Source: Eutreptiella sp. 'Long Island Sound 2002' (taxonomy: Eukaryota; Protista; Euglenida). Taken from it: a stretch of DNA of 64,000 nucleotides. Both the position numbers and the translations under genes were made by a program. The stretch covers positions 9,796,001 through 9,860,000 of the forward strand of contig OZ038379.1 of assembly GCA_964036045.1 (NCBI GenBank), given 5' to 3'. Shown here piece by piece: positions 55,901 through 64,000 of the stretch. The notes below the pieces were generated by a model that saw only the letters and a program-made list of their open reading frames with translations, made no database searches and was not told the origin of the DNA. Position 1 is the stretch's first letter; every line of letters starts with the position of its first letter.

Positions 55901-58900
55901 CCCTGGTCCCCAGGTCCCAGACAACAATATGCCACAGTTATGTGCCTCCGAGTGAAGTGATTCCTGAAGCTCTTGGGGTACCGCTTTTGTTGAACAGGGT
56001 CAGCATTCCGCAGGTTCCGGCCACACTGCGCGGGCCAGCTGGGAGTGTTGCAGCGACTGTACGATAGTCTTATCTTAGTTTTGTGTGCGAGCCGGACATA
56101 TCAGCCCTGACCTGATACCGGTGCTTGAACTGGGTGTGTATACCAGCTCCTTCTTATGCCCCTGTGGATTCCTCCTCCACACACAACACACACACAGCGC
56201 GCGCGCAAACACAGACACGCACACCACCACCACCACCACCACCACCACCACCACACAATAGTCCAGCAAGGGTGTTGACTTCATTTGGGGCGGTAGTCTG
56301 CAGATCTGAGCTGTGGTACTGTCATTCTCCCACAAACCTTCACACCACCGGTCCAGACTGCAAAATGGGGCAGCCCACAGGCTGCCTGGCACAGCGGAAG
56401 GCTTCCTCCACAACACGCAACCAATCGGGATGTTTTCACTGGCCATTGCCTTCACCTTCATTCGCCTCTTCCACACACGTGCGCATCCACGCACTGGGTT
56501 CTAACCAAGGGAAGGGAGGCAGGGGCGGAAGTGACTGCCAGCCACCAGCCACTGGCTGGTGAGCCGTGGCATGACCCACCCCCGTTTCTCGCCCACCCAC
56601 ACTGGTGTCCCTCCATCAAATGACTCTCCCCTCACCGGCCAATGCAAAAGCCTCTTGGATCTTTAGACTCGTGCCCTCCATAAAATGCCGTCCTGGACCT
56701 TAGACTGCACATGCCTTCCATAAAAATGTTGCAGCCCCCCGCGCGCACCCACGGGCATACAGACGCATACGCACAAGCGCACGCCCACGAGCGCGCGTGC
56801 ACACACGCAAGCACGCACACGCGCCTGCGCGCGCACACACACCTCTGATCATCTCCGCCCGTTGCCGCCCCTCCGCAGGCCCCGTGCCCACCGACCCGGC
56901 CTCCACTGCATACGTCTCTGATTTGCAAAACAAAGTTGTGGAGCTTCAGCAGTACATCGTTCGCATGCGGCTGCAGCACGAGGCCAGGCAGACCCAGCTG
57001 CTCCACGACCTCCAGGTCGTCCTGGCGTGCCTCTCCCCGGCGCAGGCCGACCGGCTGCTGGCCTCCGGCTCGCCCCTGTCCTGCGCCCCATTCCTGGCGC
57101 GGAGCACCGCGCGCACCAGCGCCAACGGCCCGGCCCACGCCACCGCTCTGGACAGAGGGTGCGGGCCTGCCACACGGGCCTGTGCGGACCTCTTCTGCCC
57201 CTGCGGCTCCGCGAACGGGGGCACGCCGCAGCCGAACAGTGCACCGGGATGCCCGGCACGGACTGCCTACAGCCCCGGCACCGGCAGCAGCAGCGGCGGC
57301 GGCGGCGGCAACGGCCGTGACGAGTGCCGCAGCACCGGGGGCAATGCCGGCAGCGACAAGCCCCCGACAGGCGGCAGTGAGGGGCCGGACGGCAGTGCGG
57401 CCCAGGACCCGTTTCTGCGCACGCTGCTGGAGATGGGGTTCGCGCAGTTCGCGGTGGACGCGCTGCTCCAGCAGGGCCCTGCGCTCAGCGACACGGACGC
57501 GGTCTTCGAGTGGCTGCAGCGCTTCAACTTCAGTGCGGCCGGGGCCGGACAGCAGGACGCGCCACTGGCGGCGGTCCTGGAGCCGGCCCCGGAGCCGCCC
57601 GCGACGGGGGTGAGCCACCTCCAGCAGGTGCTGCTTTCGTACAAGGAGCTCACCAGGTATGGACTGTGGAGGAGGGGGGCAGGGCTTGTGAGGGGGACGG
57701 AGCAGGGAGTGGTATGGCGTGTGCACGGGACCATGGTCTCAGTCAGGCCCTAGTGCCTCACCCCCCCCGCCCCCATCCTCACGGGGGTGCTACGGCCCCA
57801 TGATAAAGAAACAAGTACAGTGACGGAGGGAAGGAGGCACGGCCCCGGACGTGGCCCCGGACCCAACTGCGGGGACGCGTACAAAGGGGATACCATTGCC
57901 GCTCCAGCTAAGGCTTCAACACCGGTGCCAGCATGATTACGCACCCGGAACAGCCCAGGATATCTCGGCCAGCAGAAGCAAGTGGCCAAACCCATGTCCG
58001 CCCGTCAGTCTGCACCAACCTCTACCCACCATCATACATACAGCACGTCGGAAATAGTGGGCCAGTAGGCGCACTTGGCCCAGCCCGCAACCCCCACTAC
58101 AACACCCACGCCCACTCATCACCCTACGTCAACCTTGTGGAATGGCGGCCGCTAGAGCAAGGAACTCCTCATACACGGAGGAGCCCTGTTGTATCCCACC
58201 GCGATGAGGTGGACGAACAGATGAAAGTGGCCCAACCCGCAACTCCTACTACAGCACAAATGCCCACCTATTACTCCACGCCACCCACCACCCACCACCC
58301 CGGGTGGCACCAATGCTACGCGAGGGAATGGACGCACAATACACGCACCAGGGACACAAGTGGGGGGGTGAGGGGGCACATGATGCGCTCGCCACAAGGA
58401 GGACTGAGCGCGGGAACGGACAGGCGGAAAGGAAGGGTGAGTAGAGAGGTCTGGATAGGCCAAGGAGGAGAGGTAGGGCACAAGGTGGTGAGAGGCCGAT
58501 GGGCACTGCCGCCTATGGAGGCAAAGGGTTCAAGGGAAGGGCAGCAGTAATTGGGGAGAGGCCAATTGGCGCCGCCCGCTGCAGACAGCAACCCAACCAG
58601 GTGTCATGCCAAACCCCCCATCCGGGCCCTTAGGGCCCAAGATAGTGCGGGTGAGTCAAAGCCTCGAGCCCACATTGAGGGTTGGCGCCGAAGCCGCTGG
58701 AAGAACAATGTGACAATTTTCAATTCTCTGCACTCTGGGGAGTGGGTGCAGGACCACGCCCTGGTCCACAGAACCTGCTGCACTGTCACCTGTCCCTGCG
58801 CAAAGGGAGGTGGTGCATGATGAATGGTTTGGGCAACGCACAGGGTTGGCCGGCGTGCGAATTCCTTTTGGCGCTGAGTGTTAGTGTTAAGATCAGTGTT

Positions 58901-61900
58901 AAGGACCACAAATCTTCGATTATCTTGCGGTGGGCCACAGAGACCCAGGAATGCACTGCATCAGTCATTACATGAGCACCATGCAGTACTCTCACAACTG
59001 CTGTCACACCTCCCGAGTGCAGCAGCGACCTATCGGACCCCCTGCGGGTGTCCCACGCACCCAGTGGGTTGGTGGGCGCATGTGCATGTGCGTGGATGTG
59101 CGTCCGCATGAGCATGGCGTAGCAGTAGCATGTGTGCGCGCGTTTATGTTCATGTGCATGCGCAGTATTGCATCTCCGTCGATTCACCTGATACAAGCAA
59201 CATGGCATACGTTACATCCATATGCCGTTGTGCCGGTACGAGGATTGTACGTCTGCCCATGCGCCGCCCCCCCCCCCCCCCCCCACCACCACCACCCCAC
59301 GTCAAACACCGCGCATGCCCTCATTTTCCCGCAGCAACCCATACCACAAGGGCGTGGACATCCCCAACGATCCGCAGGCCGCGTCGGCGGCGCCCAGCCG
59401 CAGCAGCCGCTCCCAGCCCGCCTCCCCGGAGCCGCCGTCGGAGGAGGAGGCGAAGGACGAACTCTCGGGCGGCAGCAGCAACCACGACGGGCTGCCCGTG
59501 TGCGGCGTGTGCTTCGACACTTTCCGCATGCGGGGGTTCATTTTGTGCTGCGACCACCAGTTCTGTTACCCCTGCATCCAGAAGTGGGCCTTGAGCAAGA
59601 AGACCTGCCCGCACTGCTCACGGACCTTCACGGAGGTCCTCTCAGGGTTGTGGGTGGTTCCGGAGCTGTGGCAGTGCCCCACCCTGCTCTCCACTCGCCT
59701 GCTTGTCCCCTCCTGCCAACCCCCCCCCCCCCCTTGCCTCCCTAAGGCGGCTCGTCACTGGCATAGCTGGGTGTATGGCCACAGTGAACAGCTGAGCAAA
59801 TGCCGGTGGTGCAGGGGGTGGTCCGCTCCCAGGAGAAGGAATGGCAGCTACCATTAATGCTGCACCTGGTGACCGCTCTGAAGATTATTGCTGTGTGGAC
59901 CCTCAATGTTGGTGCCACGGCTCGGTGCGATGGAGAAACAGGTACGGTGGGCCAACACAGCGGCTTGGTGGATGTTCATGAGTGGTGAGAAGTCGATTGA
60001 CAGTGCCAGGAGAGCAGCAACATCTCATGGCTTTGTCCCAACGACCCCCCGCCCGCATCCCCCCCTCCCAACCCGGGCTACATTTCCCACATCGCGTGCA
60101 CAATGATACGGGTGTTGGGCGTGTGTGTGGGTATGCACGTGTGGGCAGTGGTGCGGCTGCATCATCCATGTGGCCATGTGTTTCAGGTGTACGAGTGCCC
60201 AGTGCAGGTCGGTGAGTACACCCAAGAGCAGCTCGTGTTCCTGGATGCGCTGCTCGAGATGGGGTACAAAGAAGAGGACGTCAATGCTTTGAAGGAGTGC
60301 GGGCCCCATTTGAGTAGCCAAGAGTTGGTGTTTAGGTATGCCCTGGCCCTGCTGATGCTTTGGAATGGAATAGAATGGAATTAGAATGGCATTGGAAAGG
60401 AATTAGAATGGAATTAGAATGGCATTGGAAAGGAATTAGAATGGAATTAGAATGGCATTGGAAAGGAATTAGAATGGAATTAGAATGGCATTGGAAAGGA
60501 ATTAGAATGGAATTAGAATGGCATTGGAAAGGAATTAGAATGGAATTAGAATGGAGTTAGGATGGAATGATACACACACGCGCACACACTGCCCTGCTGA
60601 TCATTGCAATTGCGCAATTGTGATGCTCAGCAGGGCGGCGAAATGGCGAGGTTTTACCGGCGCCGGTCACGCCAAGGTGCTGCTCGCCGGTGCCCTTGGG
60701 CGCGAACATGGTGGTAGGAGTGCCTGCTAGACCGTATTTCACGCAACTGCACGAAATGAAGACCCGGCTGTGCAGGCTACGCGAGTACTGCAAATGGTGC
60801 CGGCAGCAGGTCAAGCGAGCGGCCCAAGGCAAGGCCAGGGCCTGGCGGGCACTCCAGCGTCCAGGGGGCCCGCGGGCAGAAGTGGCGCTTATGGCAGGAC
60901 GGAGTGTGCTGGTGGCGGCATGTTCATACATGGGGAAGGGTGTGGCGAGTCGCCATTCCAACGTCTTTGGAAATGTCTTTTCCTGCCGGTCCCCACCTCC
61001 AGCGGGGAAGGAGAGTAAACGCCCAGCAGCCTTCCCAGCGGCCAGAAACGCGGCCCCGGCTAAAACGCATCTGGTTTTCTGAAACCCATGAGCAACCGGC
61101 CCACCAAATATGCCAACGCACACACCGAGGAGTGCACCACTGCTGCTGCAGGGGGGGCAGAATGGGACATTATGGGACATCCACGCGTGCAGCCAGCAAA
61201 ACGAACAGACCCTGCAGTCACCCACCAGTAGGCCTACCCCAAACCAAGGGGCGGCACCAGGTACAGCGAGCGGCCAGCAATTAGCTTGCCAGCGGCGATG
61301 GTTGGGGCGTACGGAGGACAGCACTCCCTGGAAACGCTGCGGGCCTGCCTTGATGCCAGCGATGACCTATCGGCCAAGCGGCCCCGCAAGAGCCCCCAGG
61401 TGCATGGGCAGGCCGCCCTGGTACGCGCACGCCTGAAGGTTCTGACCAAAGGTAGGGGAGCGGACGCGGTGCGGGTGGCTGGCTGCTGCCAGTAGGCAAG
61501 CCAGCCGTGATGCGGCCCCCTGTCGTCATCCCCAATCCCTCAAACAAGCCAATCGTAGTCTGCCTCCCAAGTACGATAGGTCAGACCCTCCCTTCGCTCC
61601 GAGTCCGCAGTTAACCCCCAGGCGCACCAGCGTCCTGGACCTTGATAGGCTTGCGCCCTACTGAATATGAGCACCACGCCCCGTGCGCCCTGTGCCGCCG
61701 TTGGCAGCAAAACCGCACTCCCCTTCGTCTTGCGCACTTGCCCCGTGGCCGGCGCAGGTGGCTCGCGGAATATCGCCAAAACGCCGAGCGCAAGGCGGCC
61801 CGTGAGGCGGCCAAGAGTCAGCAGCTCAAGGCCGGGCAGGCCAGTCGGCTGCCCTTCCGGACCGGGGTCGGGGGCGACAGCAAGAGCCCGAAGTACGTGC

Positions 61901-63335
61901 GGAAGGCCTTTGAAGACGAGCTGGAGAACATTTTCCATATGGAGATCGGCACCCAGGTGTTGTGTGGGAAGGGGCAAGGGGAGCAGGCGGGAGAAGGGGC
62001 TCTGATCAGCACATGTATCACCACCCTGCACCGCCATTCCTTCTTTCATGATGGGACAACCGCCCCTCATAAGGGGGTGATCAGGGATGTATTAGAACAG
62101 GTGATGTCCATTCCATAAAGTAGGTGAGCTTGTACGTACACTGCTGTGTGCCAGTGCACTTGGATCTTTGCATCTAAGTGTGCTCAAGTATTGTGAAGTG
62201 CAAACCTCTTGCTTCAATATGCTTCGGTATATTTGGGTGTGCATTTGAGTGTACCGAGTATACTTCAGTGCATTTCAGTGTACTTGAGTCCAAAGTAATT
62301 TGGGTATGAGAGCTCGGGTACCCACCTCGCCCATTCATGGCAATCATTGTGACATGCACTGTATGAAAATGTGTTTATATTGTACACGGCCCGCAATGTG
62401 TGGAACAGGGGGCTGTGCATGCAAGCGTGGGGGTTGGCATGCCGTCCTGGGGGAAGAGGAGCTCCTGCTTGCCCCTCTTCTTCTAATGCATCCTCTCTGG
62501 GTCATGATGGTTGCAAATGACATTTTTTCTCTCCTGCTGGGCTGATGCCGGGAATGGGAAGCTCAGGGGTAGGGAGTGCGAAACCAAGTACGATTCCAGT
62601 AACCTGAACCTCCGCCCCGGCGGGTAGAGGAGGCGCTCAGACAACCGTGAGCGAGCACGGGGGCTGCCATCGCAACACCGCCTGCTCCGAGGAGCGGGAT
62701 GCGAGTCTTGTGCCCCTACCATCCAGGGCTGTATTGGAAGAGGGGGTGGGGGGGTGCACTGTGAGCCCCAGGAGGCAAGTGGGGGCGGCACCACCGCCTG
62801 CCGAGGAGGGCTGGTGCACAGGGGCAATGAGGCAGAGAATTTGGCAGCCAACGCGGATCGCAAAGCGAAAGACGGAGAAAGAGGCGACGCTCAGGCCATG
62901 GGGGGCCGCAGGGGGCAAACCTGGGGTCCAGTGGCAGAATTGATGAGGGAACCCAAAGCCCATCAAAGAAGGTCACGTGGCTCAGTCGTCGCAGCACAGA
63001 ACAACTGGCCAAGAGGCCCTGGGTTCGGTCGCCAGGTGGGGCATCAAAAAGGACGCTGCGGGGCACCAGGGGCAACATGCAGCCGGCGTCCGGAGATGGC
63101 CCTGGCATTTCACCTTCATACCAAGATCCATCAGCGCATGAGTCACAGCCAAGTGCTGCACGCAAGGCGTGGGGCGAAGCAGGAACATATGGGCATGGAC
63201 ATCGCTTTTATGCCCATGCCCATGCCCATGCCCATGCCCGTGCCTATCACACACATGCCCATGCCCCCGTTCATGCCCATGTCCATGCGTCAGTACGCAC
63301 GTGCCCATGCGTCCACCCATGCACATGCACCCGCT

Positions 63336-63372
<37 letters not shown>

Positions 63373-63471
63373 CTCTCTCACATTCCACGTTCCCAGCAAT
63401 TTCTGAACGGAATGAATCAGATGGTGGAGTGGCTGAATGCAAAGTCCTTCACGGCGAAGGATGCCCTCAAG
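31973..63471 (+). CDS. Large multi-exon host gene: MORN x6, pseudo-kinesin motor, Pro/Ser-rich region, coiled coil, UBA, RING, UBA (continues beyond the window)
   Basis: 19 GT-AG exons chain with consistent phases, 3732 nt = 1244 codons from ATG 32005, with no internal stop. Confidence 0.7.
32005..32160 (+). CDS. Exon: MORN repeats 1-2 (exon starts at 31973)
   Basis: YVYPSGDLYSGEWRDNQKHGHG, YATGHRYDGEWFNDKK; T-tract CAG at 31972; donor GTGTGC at 32161. Confidence 0.9.
32326..32371 (+). CDS. Exon: MORN
   Basis: HGQGTFAYDQGTSYT; GTGCAG acceptor, GTATGC donor. Confidence 0.88.
33360..33428 (+). CDS. Exon: MORN
   Basis: GSWVDDMKHGFGMALFASGNRYE; CTGCAG / GTAGGC. Confidence 0.9.
33670..33950 (-). 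mobile_element. tRNA-derived SINE-like repeat
   Basis: Minus strand GCTCAAGTGG (A-box-like) and GGTTCGAGTCC (B box, 33890-33900); perfect 11-bp hairpin at 33863-33888. Confidence 0.5.
35315..35430 (+). CDS. Exon: MORN
   Basis: GEWHNDNMHGNGTFIYGTSGGDTYEGAWSHGKMSGRGTW; TTGCAG / GTATGT. Confidence 0.9.
36187..36349 (+). CDS. Exon: last MORN and linker
   Basis: ARYEGEWLDGVRHGKGLLL; TTCAG / GTGCGG. Confidence 0.85.
36455..37300. repeat. Three diverged copies of a ~200-bp unit in +, -, + orientation
   Basis: TTCTCCCAAGTTAGAAGGGCAGTTCACAAACTTTTGCAACGGTGGA (~36537) vs its near-exact reverse complement (~36680-36727); GGGACAC...CATGGACCC at ~37260 vs the reverse complement at ~36808. Confidence 0.7.
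37952..38138 (+). CDS. Exon: kinesin motor N-terminus
   Basis: VACDSVVTADSTHQGTMERIVKEMFAGYNVA resembles FxFDxVFxxxSTQ...V..vleGYN; donor GTATGT. Confidence 0.75.
39200..39300 (+). CDS. Exon: degenerate kinesin P-loop region
   Basis: LVAYSETANFLTAVSSKIATGFVALLFNAL occupies the position of IFAYGQTGSGKT...G...LF. Confidence 0.7.
40963..41068 (+). CDS. Exon: kinesin EIYNE-RDLL region
   Basis: SLSMEIAEIAPDGTLRDLLNPS; donor GTATGA. Confidence 0.75.
42430..42710 (+). repeat. Probable dispersed repeat with an internal duplicated motif (ACGCCAACTAYTGGGC x2)
   Basis: Two copies of CAGCA...ACGCCAACTAYTGGGC...CGxAAACGxCACxA inside an intron; no coding support. Confidence 0.4.
42968..43034 (+). CDS. 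Exon: kinesin loop 8 region
   Basis: VKMEKNADGVYDITGLHRE resembles L.IRED..GVYV.GL. Confidence 0.75.
44075..44645. repeat. Compound pentanucleotide microsatellite (GTACT)46, then mixed GTGTT/GTGGT, (GTCGT)n, (GCATT)7, (GTATT)n
   Basis: Direct reading; lies in the intron 43035-44898. Confidence 0.98.
44899..45025 (+). CDS. Exon: kinesin switch I region (degenerate)
   Basis: TIQTPMGLQTFLVRASNARSGPESFYRMTINLE; TTGCAG acceptor. Confidence 0.65.
46021..46385. mobile_element. Foldback/MITE-like element with (GGCGGTT)n and (AACCGCC)n arms
   Basis: Inverted heptamer arrays at ~46021-46110 and ~46236-46385 around a unique core; flanked by AT on both sides. Confidence 0.6.
47576..47767 (+). CDS. Exon: kinesin switch II to LGG region (degenerate)
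   Basis: RAYFMDLPCRPS (cf. LVDLAGSE) and SHFPQGAAYRALDDLGG (cf. HIPYRDSKLTRLLQDSLGG). Confidence 0.65.
48240..48289 (+). CDS. Exon: kinesin beta8 region
   Basis: DIFKCVHSVTLASESLR; long T tract acceptor; joins VKMLQFAA (cf. CVSP...ETLSTLRFA). Confidence 0.6.
52276..53021 (+). CDS. Exon: kinesin alpha6 followed by a Pro/Ser-rich region
   Basis: VKMLQFAAV then SP/TP-rich sequence with strong C/G-ending codon use; CCGCAG / GTGTGC. Confidence 0.8.
54850..55060 (+). repeat. Dispersed repeat shared with ~500-900
   Basis: GGTxATCATTTGGTxACAATGGGAGT (~772 and ~54853) and GATxCAGACCCAGGxxCCATTCxACT (~550 and ~55015). Confidence 0.6.
55694..55797 (+). CDS. Exon: linker (3' boundary uncertain)
   Basis: CTGCAG acceptor in phase 2; ILEHERIAPQDNSEARDAPF; the phase-1 donor at 55798 fits the next exon. 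Confidence 0.5.
56879..57656 (+). CDS. Exon: coiled coil and UBA domain
   Basis: VSDLQNKVVELQQYIVRMRLQHE; FLRTLLEMGFAQFAVDALL...AVFEWL (UBA MGF motif); donor GTATGG. Confidence 0.85.
59335..59635 (+). CDS. Exon: C3HC4 RING finger
   Basis: CGVC...CDHQFCYPC...CPHC. Confidence 0.9.
60187..60335 (+). CDS. Exon: second UBA-like domain
   Basis: FLDALLEMGYKEEDVNAL; TTTCAG / GTATGC. Confidence 0.8.
60362..60566. repeat. 33-bp tandem repeat (GGAATTAGAATGGCATTGGAAAGGAATTAGAAT) x ~5, GGAAT-rich
   Basis: Direct reading; ORF 60360..60560 is its translation. Confidence 0.95.
61758..61956 (+). CDS. Exon: helical region
   Basis: WLAEYRQNAERKAAREAAK...FEDELENIFHMEIGTQ; phases match both neighbours. Confidence 0.75.
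62970..63042 (+). mobile_element. tRNA-like SINE head, copy 1
   Basis: GGTCACGTGGCTCAGTCG (A-box-like) ... GGGTTCGGTCGCCAGGTGGGG (B-box-like). Confidence 0.45.
63211..63372. repeat. (ATGCCC)n hexamer microsatellite region
   Basis: Runs at ~63211-63240 and ~63337-63372. Confidence 0.9.
63397..63471 (+). CDS. Exon: last visible
   Basis: QFLNGMNQMVEWLNAKSFTAKDALK; TCCCAG / GTGCGT; 75 nt, phase 0. Confidence 0.7.
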
Positions 63472-63637
63472 GTGCGTTGGAGCAGGGTATCCAGGGTGGT
63501 GCTCTTCCGGGGCCCCGTGAGGCGTTTGGGTCTGGCGGGTTTGAGGAATTGAAGCCCCGGGATGACGTGGGCTGCACGTTTGCAGCAGTGCTGGGGCCAC
63601 GAAGGATACCAGTTGCCGAGTGAGATCTTGGAGTAGG

Positions 63638-63710
63638 AGGTCATGTGACTCGGCTGTTACACAACATGGCGCCCGAAGCATAGGTCCCAGGTTCGATCCC
63701 CAGCTGGGGG
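63638..63710 (+). mobile_element. tRNA-like SINE head, copy 2
   Basis: GGTCATGTGACTCGG ... AGGTTCGATCCCCAGCTGGGG; colinear with 62970-63042. Confidence 0.45.
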
Positions 63711-64000
63711 ATGAGGTAGTGTGCTCCCGTTTCTCAACAGACAACGGTGCCAAAGCTGTGGCGTTTTTGATCCTCTGAAAGAACGGATGCACAGTGCACG
63801 CCCGCTGCACACCCGGCGCTTTGGACTTCCATTTCTTGATGATTTGAGTGAGCGCCCCCCCCCCCCCCACACACACACACAAGTTCCCCAAATGCACAAT
63901 TACATCTGCACAAACACAGGCCTCAGAAACACCCGTGTCCGGAACGTTACCGTGCACTTATCCGAAATGGGCTGATTTAGGGAAAATGGGGGGAAATGGG

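Noticed and set aside
57930-58550. Possible LINE or other retroelement relic in the intron
   Set aside because: No RT or endonuclease motif recognisable in any frame.
60362-60566. Telomeric or centromeric satellite
   Set aside because: Only ~200 bp, inside an intron; no evidence of chromosome-end or centromere context.

Overview
Repeat-rich eukaryotic (protist-like) genomic DNA with GT-AG introns; the lineage cannot be fixed from sequence alone. The left half (about 4-29 kb) is a nest of mobile elements: (1) a hAT 3' end; (2) a tyrosine-recombinase (YR) gene interrupted by a 6129-bp TIR DNA transposon (10475-16603; 31-bp TIRs, GG...CC ends, AT target duplication); (3) a Penelope-like retroelement with GIY-YIG upstream of RT; (4) a 3'-truncated Ty3/gypsy LTR element with an in-frame gag-UAG-pol junction and a Dam-like adenine methyltransferase domain between protease and RT. 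The TIR transposon is the best candidate for an undescribed system. It has a spliced RAG1/Transib-like DDE transposase, a ~940-codon cargo gene with two 2OG-Fe(II) dioxygenase domains (one TET/JBP-like), and four arrays of the perfect 16-bp palindrome GTATACGGCCGTATAC, one of which lies in an intron that splits the first dioxygenase domain. The right half (32-64 kb) is one large + strand host gene. I could chain 19 exons with consistent splice phases (1244 codons, 3' end beyond the window), giving MORN repeats, a kinesin motor domain that has lost its ATPase motifs, a Pro/Ser-rich region, a coiled coil, UBA, RING and UBA. Its introns carry microsatellites, SINE-like and foldback repeats. All domain calls come from manual motif reading; no database searches were run.
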